Positions 22,550-33,753 of a stretch of 64,000 nucleotides of DNA are shown here, piece after piece (positions within the stretch are counted from its first letter, which is position 1; each line of letters starts with the position of its first letter). The position numbers and the translations under genes were made by a program. The DNA comes from Diplonema japonicum (lineage: Eukaryota > Protista > Euglenozoa: Diplonemea), in the NCBI GenBank assembly GCA_964019335.1, contig OZ025712.1, positions 186,001 through 250,000 on the forward strand. The letters are read 5' to 3'. The notes under the pieces are model-generated. The model saw only the letters and a list, made by a program, of their open reading frames with translations, made no database searches and was not told the origin of the DNA.

Positions 22550-22599
22550 TCTTTTTTTTCGAAGAAGAAAATTTAAAAAAAAAAAAAAAAAAGGATTAT

Positions 22600-24540
22600 T
22601 CAAAACGGTTTTCCCATATTCACGCCGGTGTTCGCCACCAGACGAATCACTTCGGCACCCGGGGATGAAAGTATCTTTTGTTGCAGCTCGGCCACATGGT
22701 AATGGTTGGAGGGGGCGTTCAACTTTGAAAAACTCATTAAAAGCGAGGATGCTGTGGCAGCATCGATAGAGGGAAGGAGGAAGTGCGACTGGAGGAACAA
22801 AGGATCGAGAATCGTGTGGCTTGTCTCCCGTAGAACCACAAGGGAGGAGAGCAGTCTGGTCAAATCCTTGGGGAGCAGAGATTGCGGGGACGAAGTAATC
22901 GCAGAAAACAACACCGTTTGCAGCTCCATGAAAAGCGTTGCGGAAACCGCAGCAAACGCCCACAAAAATCTCGCTGAAGAGTGCGCCGTGAGCATCACAT
23001 CAGTCTCAACCAACCGCACTGACAACTCGTGAAAAAACTCCGTGGCAGAAGTATGCAGTACAGCTGCTGCACTTGCAGTTCTGTCAAGTATTTCTTCAGG
23101 TATTTCATGTATTCTGTTTGATAACCTCTCCACCACCTTGCTGAACCACTCCGGGGTGGCGACCTTCAACCTGCTGAACCCTTCCATAAACATGCAAAGT
23201 TCGTCAGTTTGAAAACCCTCCCATGTCGTTTTGAAACGATCCACCACGGCAGAATCGAGTACTGAGGGTGCCTCCATAACCCCGAGAGCAGTCATCATCC
23301 CACATATGAACCGAGAACCGCCTCTTGGAATCAGCAACAAACCAACGCTTTCAAATTTTTCAGGAATTTGTAAGTTATGGACACCGCATGCCCGGATGAC
23401 ACTAACACACATTTCCTCGTCGTGGATTTTAGGGGCGGTTTGATTTGAGAGGGAATCGATGATTAATTGGACCATTGAAACGTCGCAGGAAGGCATGCGG
23501 TTGTAGCACCACAACAAGGAGGTTATCCCTTCAGGAGTGGTGTCTCTCGCAATGTTTAAAACGGTTAGGTTTTTCTCGACGGCGTGGAATATTTCGGGGT
23601 CGACTGCTTCTTGAGCAGTCAGGGACCACAAGACATTGCAAACATGTTTAGCTCTCCACGGGACTGTCCCAACAGGCTTCATCAGCAGCCGTCTAGGCAG
23701 GGACCCGGGATGGAGAAAGGGTTGCAAATCGTTTTGAAGCTTCGACGCCGCCCACATGGCCCTCGCAACATCGCTGGTTGACCGCAGCATTGGTGTTACA
23801 TGTTCGAATGCCCACTGGCACTGTTCCAGTGGTATTTGCATTTTTGAACAACCCCACAGAAATAGCAAGAGATCTTCAGTTGTGGCATTTCTCGTCAATG
23901 CTTGGGTATACACCGCGCTTGTGATTGATGTAACATGCTTCATGTCGCATTCGTCCAATATGTTGCGGCCTAGTATCCAGTACAGAATGGATATCTCCTT
24001 CGGGGTTATAACAGGGCCCTTTTCACCGAAGGAAAGCTCGATTCTTTTGTTTTTCGGGAAGATTTTGTCGAGGTGGGTTCGAAGGTCGTGAAGGGTATTC
24101 ACTGAACGCCCGTCAATTTGGACGAGGGTCATCGTTTTCAGAATTCTTTTTTTCTGCGGTTTCGAATTGTTCGCCACCCTCTTCACCTTGAGATCTGGTG
24201 TGAACGTAATGGAGTTGACGTTTTGGACTTCCAGGTAAACCCGTCGGGTGATTCGCACGGTGAATCCGGTTTTCAACGACAGCTTTTTGTCTAGTTCTTT
24301 GACCGTTCGCCCCAAGATGTTTTTGATGACATTCGGGGAGCATTCTGCTTTTTCGACATTGTAGAGCACCTGGATCAGATCCTTCTCCGCGCACTCCGTC
24401 CATGCTTGTTGGGGCAGGCGGGCTGTTCTTAAGACGGCTGCTTCCATCCTCACCTTGTTGGCGATTATCGATTTTACCCCTAACGTCTTGGTGATGCATG
24501 CTACTGACCTGTCGAATAATTGCTTCCTTGCAGCTTGCAT
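22600..24540 (-). CDS. RAP/FAST-type (heptatricopeptide-like) helical-repeat protein (646 aa)
   Basis: Repeats such as DLLLFLWGCSKM, DVARAMWAASKL, HVCNVLWSLTA, GITSLLWCYNRM and SARFLWAFAAV. Confidence 0.7.
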   Translation of the reverse strand: MQAARKQLFDRSVACITKTLGVKSIIANKVRMEAAVLRTARLPQQAWTECAEKDLIQVLYNVEKAECSPNVIKNILGRTVKELDKKLSLKTGFTVRITRRVYLEVQNVNSITFTPDLKVKRVANNSKPQKKRILKTMTLVQIDGRSVNTLHDLRTHLDKIFPKNKRIELSFGEKGPVITPKEISILYWILGRNILDECDMKHVTSITSAVYTQALTRNATTEDLLLFLWGCSKMQIPLEQCQWAFEHVTPMLRSTSDVARAMWAASKLQNDLQPFLHPGSLPRRLLMKPVGTVPWRAKHVCNVLWSLTAQEAVDPEIFHAVEKNLTVLNIARDTTPEGITSLLWCYNRMPSCDVSMVQLIIDSLSNQTAPKIHDEEMCVSVIRACGVHNLQIPEKFESVGLLLIPRGGSRFICGMMTALGVMEAPSVLDSAVVDRFKTTWEGFQTDELCMFMEGFSRLKVATPEWFSKVVERLSNRIHEIPEEILDRTASAAAVLHTSATEFFHELSVRLVETDVMLTAHSSARFLWAFAAVSATLFMELQTVLFSAITSSPQSLLPKDLTRLLSSLVVLRETSHTILDPLFLQSHFLLPSIDAATASSLLMSFSKLNAPSNHYHVAELQQKILSSPGAEVIRLVANTGVNMGKPF

Positions 24541-24866
24541 TTGTCCTGCATTCTTTTCTTTTTTTTTTTTTTGCCCTAGTTGAGAAATTTCTAAAAGAAA
24601 AAAAAAAGAAAAGTCTTTTTATAAAAGCTTACCGGAAAAAAAAAAAACGAGGGTGTGGAGAAGGGAAAAAAAAAGGAAAAAAATGATGAAATGTGGAACA
24701 ATATAAAAAAAGGGGGGGATTGGGCCCCAAAAAAAGGGGGGGGGGGGGGAAAGGAAGGAGGGGGGATATCTGATACTGATACAGTTTTGGTTTTTTTCTT
24801 TTTTTTTTTTATGTTGATCGTGTGTGAAAATGAAAATAAAGGTAAATGAGAACAGAAGGCGGCACC

Positions 24867-27376
24867 TCACTTCATGAAATGAGGGGTGGTACCTCTGCCC
24901 TTGTACTTCCCCTTGCTCTTCCCGAACCCAGGGATCTTCTGTATCTTTGCGGACCTTAAACTGTTCTTCCTGGCCGCCTTTCTGTTGTACTTGTCCGTGA
25001 TAACCTATAAAAAAAAAAAATTTTTTTTTGTAAAAAGTTTTTCACTCTCAAACATACACTGTGAAGCCTGTCCTGTCTGGAGCCTCTCTTTCGCTTTTTC
25101 TGGTTACGCGAACCGGCATCTTCATCGCCTATGAGATTTTATTCTATTTTATTTTTTTTTAATTCCATACCAATTTCCCTACCTCCATGTTTCAAGAGGT
25201 TTGTTTCAAACTCAGGGGTAGTTTTGGGGTCAGTTCTGCATACTGATCTGCCCGATACAATAAAGGCCTCTGGGTGCTTGAGGAGAAACCCGTGAAGGGA
25301 TGCACCAAGGAGCCCATTGTGTCTAGTATTGAATTTCGCCCATCCGGAGATCGACACACCAATGGAGGAAAGCAGCGCTTTGCGCGAGCCCCTCGGGAGG
25401 ATCTGAAGAATCTCCTCAACGGCGTTCCTCGAGAGCTCGCGGACCATATTTTGCTTTTTCCCGGACAGGGGTATCGATTCGCAAGGCGTCTGCTGCGCGG
25501 CACCGATCACGGTGGAAATGTAAATAATACCCTCACGCTTGTCCGCTGTGAACGCGTGCTTGGCACGGCCAAGGAATTTGTTAAACGGACCGAAATGAGG
25601 TTTGAGGCATTCCCAATGAGATTCATGGCTTAACGTAGCGATGTTCAAACCAAGCTGCATACCATCAAGCCGTCCGACCATAGCCGCTTCTATCGCGGCT
25701 GCGTAAATACCATGTTTTTTACCGTATTTCACACTGTGCAAGTCCGTCGAAGGGGACTGCCCGTGGACAAATCGCACGCCCCACAAATCGGCGATTTCGT
25801 CAATTTGTGTGTCGACAAAGTACTTCGCAACAGATGACAAGATAGCAGTTTGCAGAATGGCGTGGGGAGGGACGGTTTTAATCTTGGTGACTCTTTTTTT
25901 GTTTGGGTTCAGCCGGTGCTGCTCCTCAACCGGATCCTTGTAAGGTAACAACGGAGCACGGAGAATCGCCTTCACCACCTCGTACACCGTGGGGACCGAC
26001 TTCTTAGAACCCGAACCGACATCATGCAGCATATCTATTTCCATGACTAGCCTAGCAAGCATTACGTGAAACCCGAGAAGTCCCGGGCACATCCCTACAG
26101 GTGGCTCAACATCTGAAACGGTGTTTGCTAGGAGATAGTAGCACGCTACCGAAAACGACTTCCCAACCTGTTGTCTCCCATCGACGATTTCCTTGAAATA
26201 TTTTGCCGCAGAGCTCATGTCGCGGGTTTTGAATGCGTTGAGCACCTTTTGTTCGACACTGCCGGGTTCTTCAATCCCTACAACGGATTCAAGCTGCGCT
26301 GGCTCATCGGTGTCGGTCTCAGGGATCGGGAGGGCGATGTTTCCGTCCAGGCTTGTTTTGATATTTTTCCAAGATTTCTTCCCTGATTCGTGGTCGATGG
26401 TGATGACCGACGACGGTTTCTTCTGAAGACGCTCGAGAAGCTTCTCCAAGTGATCATTAGTTGTAATCATTACGTTCGCAGCAGGCATGGATTCAGCTTC
26501 CGCAAAGCATGCAAGAACATCTGATTCTTCACAATCAGTGAATGCAGCAGTAGCTTCCAAGACAGATGTTAGCGATGGAACAGAAAACACCATTGGTTTC
26601 AGTGTGGCCTCATTTGCCACCGAATACGCTGTTGCTACCGTCGCCCATTCTGTACTGGTTGTTTCCCCGGTTTTCAAAGAGATTGAGCTTGATTTGAGAA
26701 TTTGTTTTTTAATCGCGGAGAACGCGGATTGGGGCATTGTTCTCGCCATGTTTGACAGAAACATGCTTTGCCTCAGAACGGACATGGAGGGGATGACGGG
26801 GGGAGCTTCCGGTTCTTTTTCTTCCTGTTCTTCGTGTTGTGGTTGTTCGTCCTCCCGCTTTCTCTTTTTCGTTTTTAATTTCTTGTCTGGTACCTCCTTC
26901 GCCATCAATGGACGTTTGAACTCGTTCCCCTTCACAAGAAGCTTTGCAACACAGTCACCGATCACTGTTGCTTCTTCCAAAACAGTAGTTGTCGGGGTTG
27001 GTTCTAACCCCACCGTGAGCATGATCCCGAGCAAACCGGAACATTTGTTGTTGCAACTGCGTTCTACTTCTCTCGAGAGGTCGCTGAATTTTGTCCAGTG
27101 AGCGGGGACGGAGAGAGCGGGGTGTTTTTTCGCCATCGAGGGTATGTCTCTTTTGAAGACCCTTGCCGCCGACTCCACTACGAAGGAGACCTTTCCTTTC
27201 CACTGTGCTGTCCATTTGTCCATCTCCGGGAACACCTCGTGCATCGCGCCATCTGCGACCGCAAAACTCCGGCTTTCCAGGGTCTTCTTCCCCGCCTTGT
27301 CCACCGCGCTCAACGCGATCTGCTTGACGTTCTTCTCACCATACTCCGCTGCAACAGCTATGACCACTGAAGTCAT
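24867..27376 (-). CDS. Hypothetical, probably nucleolar/RNA-binding protein, 3 exons (~804 aa)
   Basis: Exons 27376-25171, 25128-25058 and 25004-24867, with GTATG...TAG introns of 42 and 53 nt. Spliced C-terminus is basic (RNQKKRKRG..KIPGFGKSKGKYKGRG). A LOTUS/OST-HTH-like segment is present (LGASLHGFLLKHPEAF). Confidence 0.75.
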
Positions 27377-27474
27377 TTTTTTTTTTTCTCTTTTCTTTTT
27401 TTCCCCCTCCTCTCCCCCTCTTTTTTTTGTTTTGCTTTTTTGTTTTTCCCGGGGAAAAAAAAAAAAAAAAAAAA

Positions 27475-28470
27475 TTAAACTAAATCGTCGATTGCTATTA
27501 ATGCGTCCTTGGCGTTCATTTGAATCGATATCAAGGTGAGGGTTTTGGAGGTTGTTGCCGTGACGCTGGCGTCGTCCTCGGAGGGGTTTATCCGGATCAG
27601 AGTAGTAGGGGAGTGCAGGTAATCAGCAAACTCCTCTGCTTCTTCGCGTGCGGTGGGGATCTTTGCGCTGCAGCCTACTTCAACGATGGCGACCTTTGTC
27701 GTCCCCGCAGCTTCGAGCTGCTCCACCGCCATACGCCACGTGATGTAATTAAGCGCACTGAAGGCAGAATCTAAGCAGGTTTCAACACCTAAATCCATCA
27801 CATTAGGAACAGCTGGAGATCGACACACAGGACATTGCGGGTGGCCAGTAGAAGGAGAAATCGAAGGATGCCCCGCTGTCTCCGTCGATTCATCACATGG
27901 AATGTCATGGTAATGTGGAAGCAACTGTGGAGGGGACGATGGCGCATCGACCGGTTTCTCTTTGCATGTGAATGTAACAGGGTGTAAGTCAAACCGGTGG
28001 TCCTCAGGAAGCTTCCAGACTTTCTTCACACATCTTTTCGAACACTGCCAGTACCTCAGCGACCCGTGCACCTGGCACGTATCCTTTGAAGGGAACATCC
28101 CTGCGACGAGGCCGTCGATCCCTTGGCAGTATGCGAAGAAGCTTGGAAGCCTTCCCTCTATCGTGCTCACAACGTCGCTGCTGTTCACTCTATCCCTCCA
28201 TTTCGCAACACGCTGCAATCCTTCATGAGGGGCCCCGTCCACAGACAGGTTGTACAGCCTCCCCCAAAACCCGTAGAAAAGCTCGGGGTTCTCCTTGCAC
28301 ACACCACGGGAAAAGTCCTCCGGGCGGAACATACACAAATCCTCATATATGTTGTCCTTACATGAGTCCGACCCACAGGGTACACCTGAGTCGGAGGTCG
28401 CACCTGTACCCGCAAGGAAGAGAACTACGTCTGCTGACCTTATTGCGGCTGCTGCAGATTCGATCGTCAT
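27475..28470 (-). CDS. Divergent Sir2/sirtuin-family protein (~331 aa)
   Basis: IRSADVVLFLAGTGATSDSG, QVHGSLRYWQCSKRC, PQCPVCRSPAVPNV, IVEVGC and LIRINP. Confidence 0.85.
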   Translation of the reverse strand: MTIESAAAAIRSADVVLFLAGTGATSDSGVPCGSDSCKDNIYEDLCMFRPEDFSRGVCKENPELFYGFWGRLYNLSVDGAPHEGLQRVAKWRDRVNSSDVVSTIEGRLPSFFAYCQGIDGLVAGMFPSKDTCQVHGSLRYWQCSKRCVKKVWKLPEDHRFDLHPVTFTCKEKPVDAPSSPPQLLPHYHDIPCDESTETAGHPSISPSTGHPQCPVCRSPAVPNVMDLGVETCLDSAFSALNYITWRMAVEQLEAAGTTKVAIVEVGCSAKIPTAREEAEEFADYLHSPTTLIRINPSEDDASVTATTSKTLTLISIQMNAKDALIAIDDLV

Positions 28471-28611
28471 GTTTATTCTTTTATAAATATATATATATAT
28501 ATATATATTTTTTGTACCACTCACCCTGAAGAATTTCTTTAAATCTTTGAGGAGGGGTGAGGTATAAGAATATAAAAAACTCTAACTTCTCTCTCTCTCT
28601 CTCTCTCTCCC

Positions 28612-30696
28612 TCACGTCACCGGCATCAGCCTCGAGTTCCTTTCATACGCCAGAAGCAGGAACGTGTTCAACGAATGTATCACCAGCTTGCCTTCGTGTA
28701 ATGCGTCGATCCTACGTAGGAAGGCAATGCACGGTAGCTTAACAGCCTGTTTTTTTTTTTGTTTAGGGGGTTTCTCTTCACATACATAAGAAGGATGGAA
28801 AAGCCCCAACGCAATGGGGAACAGCCCGTCGGCCTCCCTGGGCATCCATGACAGCAGGGTTATCAAATCTTCCTCGGTGCGAACAGTTTTGATGAAGTTT
28901 TGGTAAATGACAATTGAGTCCTCCTCGGTGAGCATCTTGCTGCCTCGAAGACGGAGCAACCCAGTTCGCGCCTCTGCAAGCTTGTGTGTGGACGTGAAGG
29001 CAGGCGGCAGCAACGAAAGAAAACCCCCGTCTTTCCATTTTTTAATCCGCGCGGTGTTGTTCTCCCACAGCGTGTGCAGCTCAGTGTCCGGGATAGAGAG
29101 GCAATCTCCCACCGCAAGCTTGCATATACTTTCAAAATATCCCCTTATGTGGTATCTCATGAAGTCCTCTATGTATGAATCAGGCCTTCCCACACAAGCC
29201 CCCATAATCTTAGCGGCAAATACGGTATCAGAAGGCTCCGCAGCGTGCGAGATATCTGCGTTCACACTAATCTTCCCGGTATCTATGTTGCCGAGGATGT
29301 CCCACCATTCCTTGCGATGCTCGAACATGGGGTTGGTGGCACCGACAATACATGAGCTCAAGGGTTGCCAGGTGTCCATGCATGTCAGCGATGTATAAGG
29401 GAAGACCCTGGATTTTAATATGGTGTTGAATGGTGGTACTAAACAGCTAGCGACGGCGAGGACGTAGGCGCAGATTTCCTGTGCGCTGTGGTTGTAGGTT
29501 GAGAGCACCACGCGGTGGCCGGACAGCACGGCGTCGATGAGGCTGAGCGTCGACTCTTTGAAAATCTCGAAGAGTTTTCGAACGCTACCGAATCGTACGC
29601 ATATTTCCTCCTCTGACACTTGGTACGGGATGGCAACCTTATACGTCGTGCTGTTGAACTCGATCTTCGTTTTGAAATGTATTTTCTTGGGTTCTTTTAT
29701 GATGTACTTCCACACCCCGTACCGTGCCGGACTCATCATTTCCGCGGAGTCCAGGTTGATGGCCTCGCGGTCGTTTATCGACTGAAACAGGTTCTTGACG
29801 ATTTGTTTTTGCGCTGCACAGTTTTCGTCTTCTTTTATGTCAAGACATTGTTGAAGCCCTGCCCTCAGAACATCCTCAAAACACCACAGAAAACAAGGCA
29901 GCCTGCATGCAATGGACACGGCTTTGATAATCGCTCCCCTCCGCACACCAGGATCGTTCTTCCTCATTGTGATGTTGAAACAGTACAAAAACGGGTTTTG
30001 CGTGTGAGCGGGTGAATCGTCTTCTGGAGGCGGAGTGGGGCCGCGGGGGGGTTTGTTTTGCAACAAATCGTGTATCTCTGCAATGGTGCTTTCTGTACCG
30101 AGGAACGCAATGTCGAACCCGCAGCCGGCTCCCGAAACAACCACACTGTGCTGGTTTTCATTGGTTTTCTCGAATGTTTCTTCCTTTGAAAGCTTTGTGA
30201 CGTTGAGGCCCTCTGTCACGGGTATCGATTGTAATGTTTCTCCCGCGCTGTTTACAATAAATATCTCGGATTTTGAATGTTGCACGCCACGTGTTTTCGG
30301 TGTGAATTTGACTTGTTCCCGTTCGTCGGGATGGATTCGAACCCAAGTGCTGTCGGACGATCGCAGCCTGAATAAAGTGGTGTTCAAAGGGGGTTTTGTT
30401 TGATTTTCGGGGTTTTTTTTTTCGTCGGGTTTTCCGACGTCGGTTTCCCTGTTCAAAAAAAAAACGGTCTGCAGCTCGTCGTGGCCTTCTGAACGGTCTG
30501 CGAGCATCTGTTCTGCAAGATATTTCAAACGCACATCGTTTGCAGAGAAATTCTCCGGGTAGCTGCAACGAATCACGGCACCCAAATCGATATCAAACTC
30601 TGCCAATGTCACCGCTTCCACGAAGAAGTCCTTTGATTGCCTCGCCAGCTCCAACGTGCACATTTCTTCGGGTGCCATGGAGTTTCCATGTGACAT
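28612..30696 (-). CDS. Afi1/MesA-like DENN-related protein, 2 exons (~681 aa)
   Basis: AEFDIDLGAVI..LAEQML..TVFFLNR..VRRGAIIKAVSI..RVFPYTSL..GATNPMF..WWD. In-frame intron 28785-28747 (39 nt, GTATGT..A11CAG). Confidence 0.8.
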   Translation of the reverse strand: MSHGNSMAPEEMCTLELARQSKDFFVEAVTLAEFDIDLGAVIRCSYPENFSANDVRLKYLAEQMLADRSEGHDELQTVFFLNRETDVGKPDEKKNPENQTKPPLNTTLFRLRSSDSTWVRIHPDEREQVKFTPKTRGVQHSKSEIFIVNSAGETLQSIPVTEGLNVTKLSKEETFEKTNENQHSVVVSGAGCGFDIAFLGTESTIAEIHDLLQNKPPRGPTPPPEDDSPAHTQNPFLYCFNITMRKNDPGVRRGAIIKAVSIACRLPCFLWCFEDVLRAGLQQCLDIKEDENCAAQKQIVKNLFQSINDREAINLDSAEMMSPARYGVWKYIIKEPKKIHFKTKIEFNSTTYKVAIPYQVSEEEICVRFGSVRKLFEIFKESTLSLIDAVLSGHRVVLSTYNHSAQEICAYVLAVASCLVPPFNTILKSRVFPYTSLTCMDTWQPLSSCIVGATNPMFEHRKEWWDILGNIDTGKISVNADISHAAEPSDTVFAAKIMGACVGRPDSYIEDFMRYHIRGYFESICKLAVGDCLSIPDTELHTLWENNTARIKKWKDGGFLSLLPPAFTSTHKLAEARTGLLRLRGSKMLTEEDSIVIYQNFIKTVRTEEDLITLLSWMPREADGLFPIALGLFHPSYVCEEKPPKQKKKQAVKLPCIAFLRRIDALHEGKLVIHSLNTFLLLAYERNSRLMPVT

Positions 30697-30876
30697 TTTT
30701 TTTTCTTCCTTTTCTTTTTCTTTCTTATGTTACGTGTCTCGACTGTGGATATTCATAATCGATCACGGAAAAAAGAAGGGGGGGAAAAAAAAAGAAAAAA
30801 GACACCACAAATGAAGAAAGAAAAAAAAATACGAGATAAAAAGGAAGCCAGTGTGTGTGGCGCTCCCTGGAAGATA

Positions 30877-30909
<33 letters not shown>

Positions 30910-31994
30910 AAAAAAAGAATAGGGCGAGTAATTCCTCGATTTTGTGCACCGGGGTTTACAAACTTTTTTTTTTCCCTTATAAAATAGCAATGATTTGTAA
31001 ACACATATACCATATTGCCCATATTGTATTCTTTTTTTTTTTTTTTTTTTTTTGATTACCTACAATAAGTTGTTTCTGTTCATCATAAAAAAAAAAAAGA
31101 AACTCATCTAATTTTAAACGTCAAGGTGGCACAAGTCAGACTGTGCCCAGTACCGCCACTACAGCCGGCTCCAAGGGTGCCAGACAGCACAATTGGAGTG
31201 AGCTAGTCTAACCTGTGCGGCGCCACCTCTCAGACATGGCGTGCCTGGTCCCCGTTTCCTCGCGGTAGGGGTGGGGGGCATCCTTTTCTTTTTCGCCGAA
31301 GTCAAAAATGCGATCCATGTTACCCCCTGTTTTGAAAGGACCGTCCGTGCCTGGGCGACAGTTCTGCCAAAAGGTACCTTAGTTTTGGTGACCTCTCTGC
31401 CGAAAATCCGTCACGGCCCTGGAACAGACATTCCTGAAATGACTCGCTTAAGGAGAAGTGTCGTTACGCACCTAGACCCGGCCAAAGGTCTTGCTGCCCC
31501 AAGGAAGAAAAAAAAATTTGTGATTGCAAGGTTGTGGTGGTGGTGGGGAAATAAAAAAAAAAAAAAAATCAGATAATTAACCGGAATGGTTCTACGTAAT
31601 TAGCTTAAAACAACAAAAAACAAACAAAACAAAAACAAACACAAATGAAAACTATCCCTTTTTTTCTTTTTTTTGGAGCACCAGCACCAGCTTTCCCCGA
31701 ATCGTCGTATGCATCTTATTTACAACGATCACAAAAAAAATTAGAAAGCAAAAAATAAAATAAAAATGGAGGGCACGCTCCTTTTCCAAACGAATAGTTT
31801 CACAGCACTTTTAGCACCGACAGTTTTAAAAAAAAAAAAAAAAAAAAAAAATCACAAGGAACTTTGCAGGAAAGGGGGGAAATCTTTTGGAAGAGTGGGG
31901 GGAAAAAAAAAAAAAAAAGAGAAAAAAAAAAAGTGAGAGTTAATTCTAGTTAGTCTTTTTTTTTTTTTTTTTTTCTTCTTGTAATGTGGAGAGT

Positions 31995-33557
31995 TCACAC
32001 ATCACCCTCCATTGTACCGTAGTTTTTTTGCCCAACTTCGTCAAGGGCAGAAGCCGCAGCGCTAGAAGCGCTTCTAAGCCTGTCAATATCCATGACACGA
32101 TCCCAGTCTAGTACGAAGATGAGAAACATTGCAGTTAAGGATACATTGACACACAGCCCAGTCTGTTTTTTTTTTTTTTTTTTTTTTTTCATCCATACCC
32201 ATAACCCGTACCAGAACCCCACCGCCCCGAGACCTTGCGAAAAACCGAGGTACAACCCCACAGGGATGCCGATCGGCCAGTATGCAAACAGAGCAAAACA
32301 CAACGAGATCCTCTGCAACCCCGCACCGCACATCGTCCCATTAAGAGACGCCTGAAAAGTATCGAGAATGTAAAAATAGCAGATGATCGGAATAAGATCC
32401 GTTGTTATCTGAACTGTTTGCGCGTCGAGCCTACCGACGAGAACGGTCGCGACACGGCCTGGGTAGGAAAGGAGAGGGTAGACTATGAAGAAGGACACGA
32501 AAAGACCGATAATGGAATGGAGGAGCAGGGCTTGCTTCGCACGCTTCGGCTTCCCTGCCCCGAGCCAAAACCCAACCCGAACTGAACAAGAGCTTCCGAC
32601 TGCGTACGACGTCTGGTAAATAACGGTGACAAGATTGTTAACAACCGCGTTGGCCGTTAAGGAAGCTGTGTTCAGCTTCCCGGAAACTACCACCAAAACC
32701 TCGCTCGACCACCATTCTGCCATCATAGACAGCATAGCGGGCAACGCTAAACCAACATATTCTTTCAGCTCACCACATGTCGGCGGGATACCCAAATTCT
32801 CAGATGACACACCACAGTATTTATGAACGATATATGAATACACTGTAAACAACACGATCATCGCTATCGGGACAGTGTGCTGTGCAGGGACCACCGTTCC
32901 CACAACGAACAAAATAACGGGGAACACGAACAAACCAGACCCGCAGAGGATAGCGCCAGCCCAAGGGCGCAGCAATGCCTCCAGGTACCTCCTGTACGTG
33001 ATAAAGAATGCGTTTGCAGGGAGAGCAAGAATCGATATCGCAAAGTAAACTGTCGCGTCGTACGCCACGACGGTCTCCTGCCCCATCGAGACTAGAAAGT
33101 TGTATGTAAACGGGAGAAGAAATGCCGGCACCAATGTCCATGCCATATGTGTCACGAAACCAACGTTTAAGTACGCATCAGGTGTTTTCCCTGTTTTATG
33201 TGTGGCACCGTGGTATTGGGAAGTCAGGGTCGTCAGTGCTGTGGAAAGACCTGATATTGCAGCCCATCCCAGCATTGCCGTTAGCGACATGCCCAGCGTG
33301 ACTCCGGCAAGGTGCTCTGGGGCGTAGATGTTGACGAAGTGCATCCCGATGAGGTTTAGACCGTATTGTCCGAGGCCTCTAACGACTAAGGGTGCCATGA
33401 CCTTCACCACAAGGGAGCCTTCCTTCATGCAGAATTTGTCCAGATTGGACAACAGGGAGGATGCGTCTCTCTCGGTCTTCCCGTCCAAAAACGGACTGAG
33501 CTCGTCTTTGGTCGGCATCACGACGGGCGACAAAACTGGTCGTTCTGAACATCCCAT
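31995..33557 (-). CDS. MATE efflux transporter, 2 exons (~508 aa)
   Basis: GLSTALTTLTSQYHGA, LALPAMLSMMAEWW, SVRVGFWLGAGKPKRAK and FAYWPIGIPVG. Intron 32198-32163 (36 nt) restores GFWYGLWTGL. Confidence 0.92.
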   Translation of the reverse strand: MGCSERPVLSPVVMPTKDELSPFLDGKTERDASSLLSNLDKFCMKEGSLVVKVMAPLVVRGLGQYGLNLIGMHFVNIYAPEHLAGVTLGMSLTAMLGWAAISGLSTALTTLTSQYHGATHKTGKTPDAYLNVGFVTHMAWTLVPAFLLPFTYNFLVSMGQETVVAYDATVYFAISILALPANAFFITYRRYLEALLRPWAGAILCGSGLFVFPVILFVVGTVVPAQHTVPIAMIVLFTVYSYIVHKYCGVSSENLGIPPTCGELKEYVGLALPAMLSMMAEWWSSEVLVVVSGKLNTASLTANAVVNNLVTVIYQTSYAVGSSCSVRVGFWLGAGKPKRAKQALLLHSIIGLFVSFFIVYPLLSYPGRVATVLVGRLDAQTVQITTDLIPIICYFYILDTFQASLNGTMCGAGLQRISLCFALFAYWPIGIPVGLYLGFSQGLGAVGFWYGLWVWMKKKKKKKKQTGLCVNVSLTAMFLIFVLDWDRVMDIDRLRSASSAAASALDEVGQKNYGTMEGDV

Positions 33558-33648
33558 TTTTTTTTTTTTTTTTTGTGCACAGTGTGCTACCCGCACCTCC
33601 CGCCCCCGCCCCACACCCCCTCCTTAAAAATTGAGAGGGAAAAAACTC

Positions 33649-33686
<38 letters not shown>

Positions 33687-33753
33687 CAACTTCTAAGACG
33701 AAAAATATTTTAAATAAAAAAAAAAAGAAGAAGAAGAAGAAGAAAGAAAGAAA

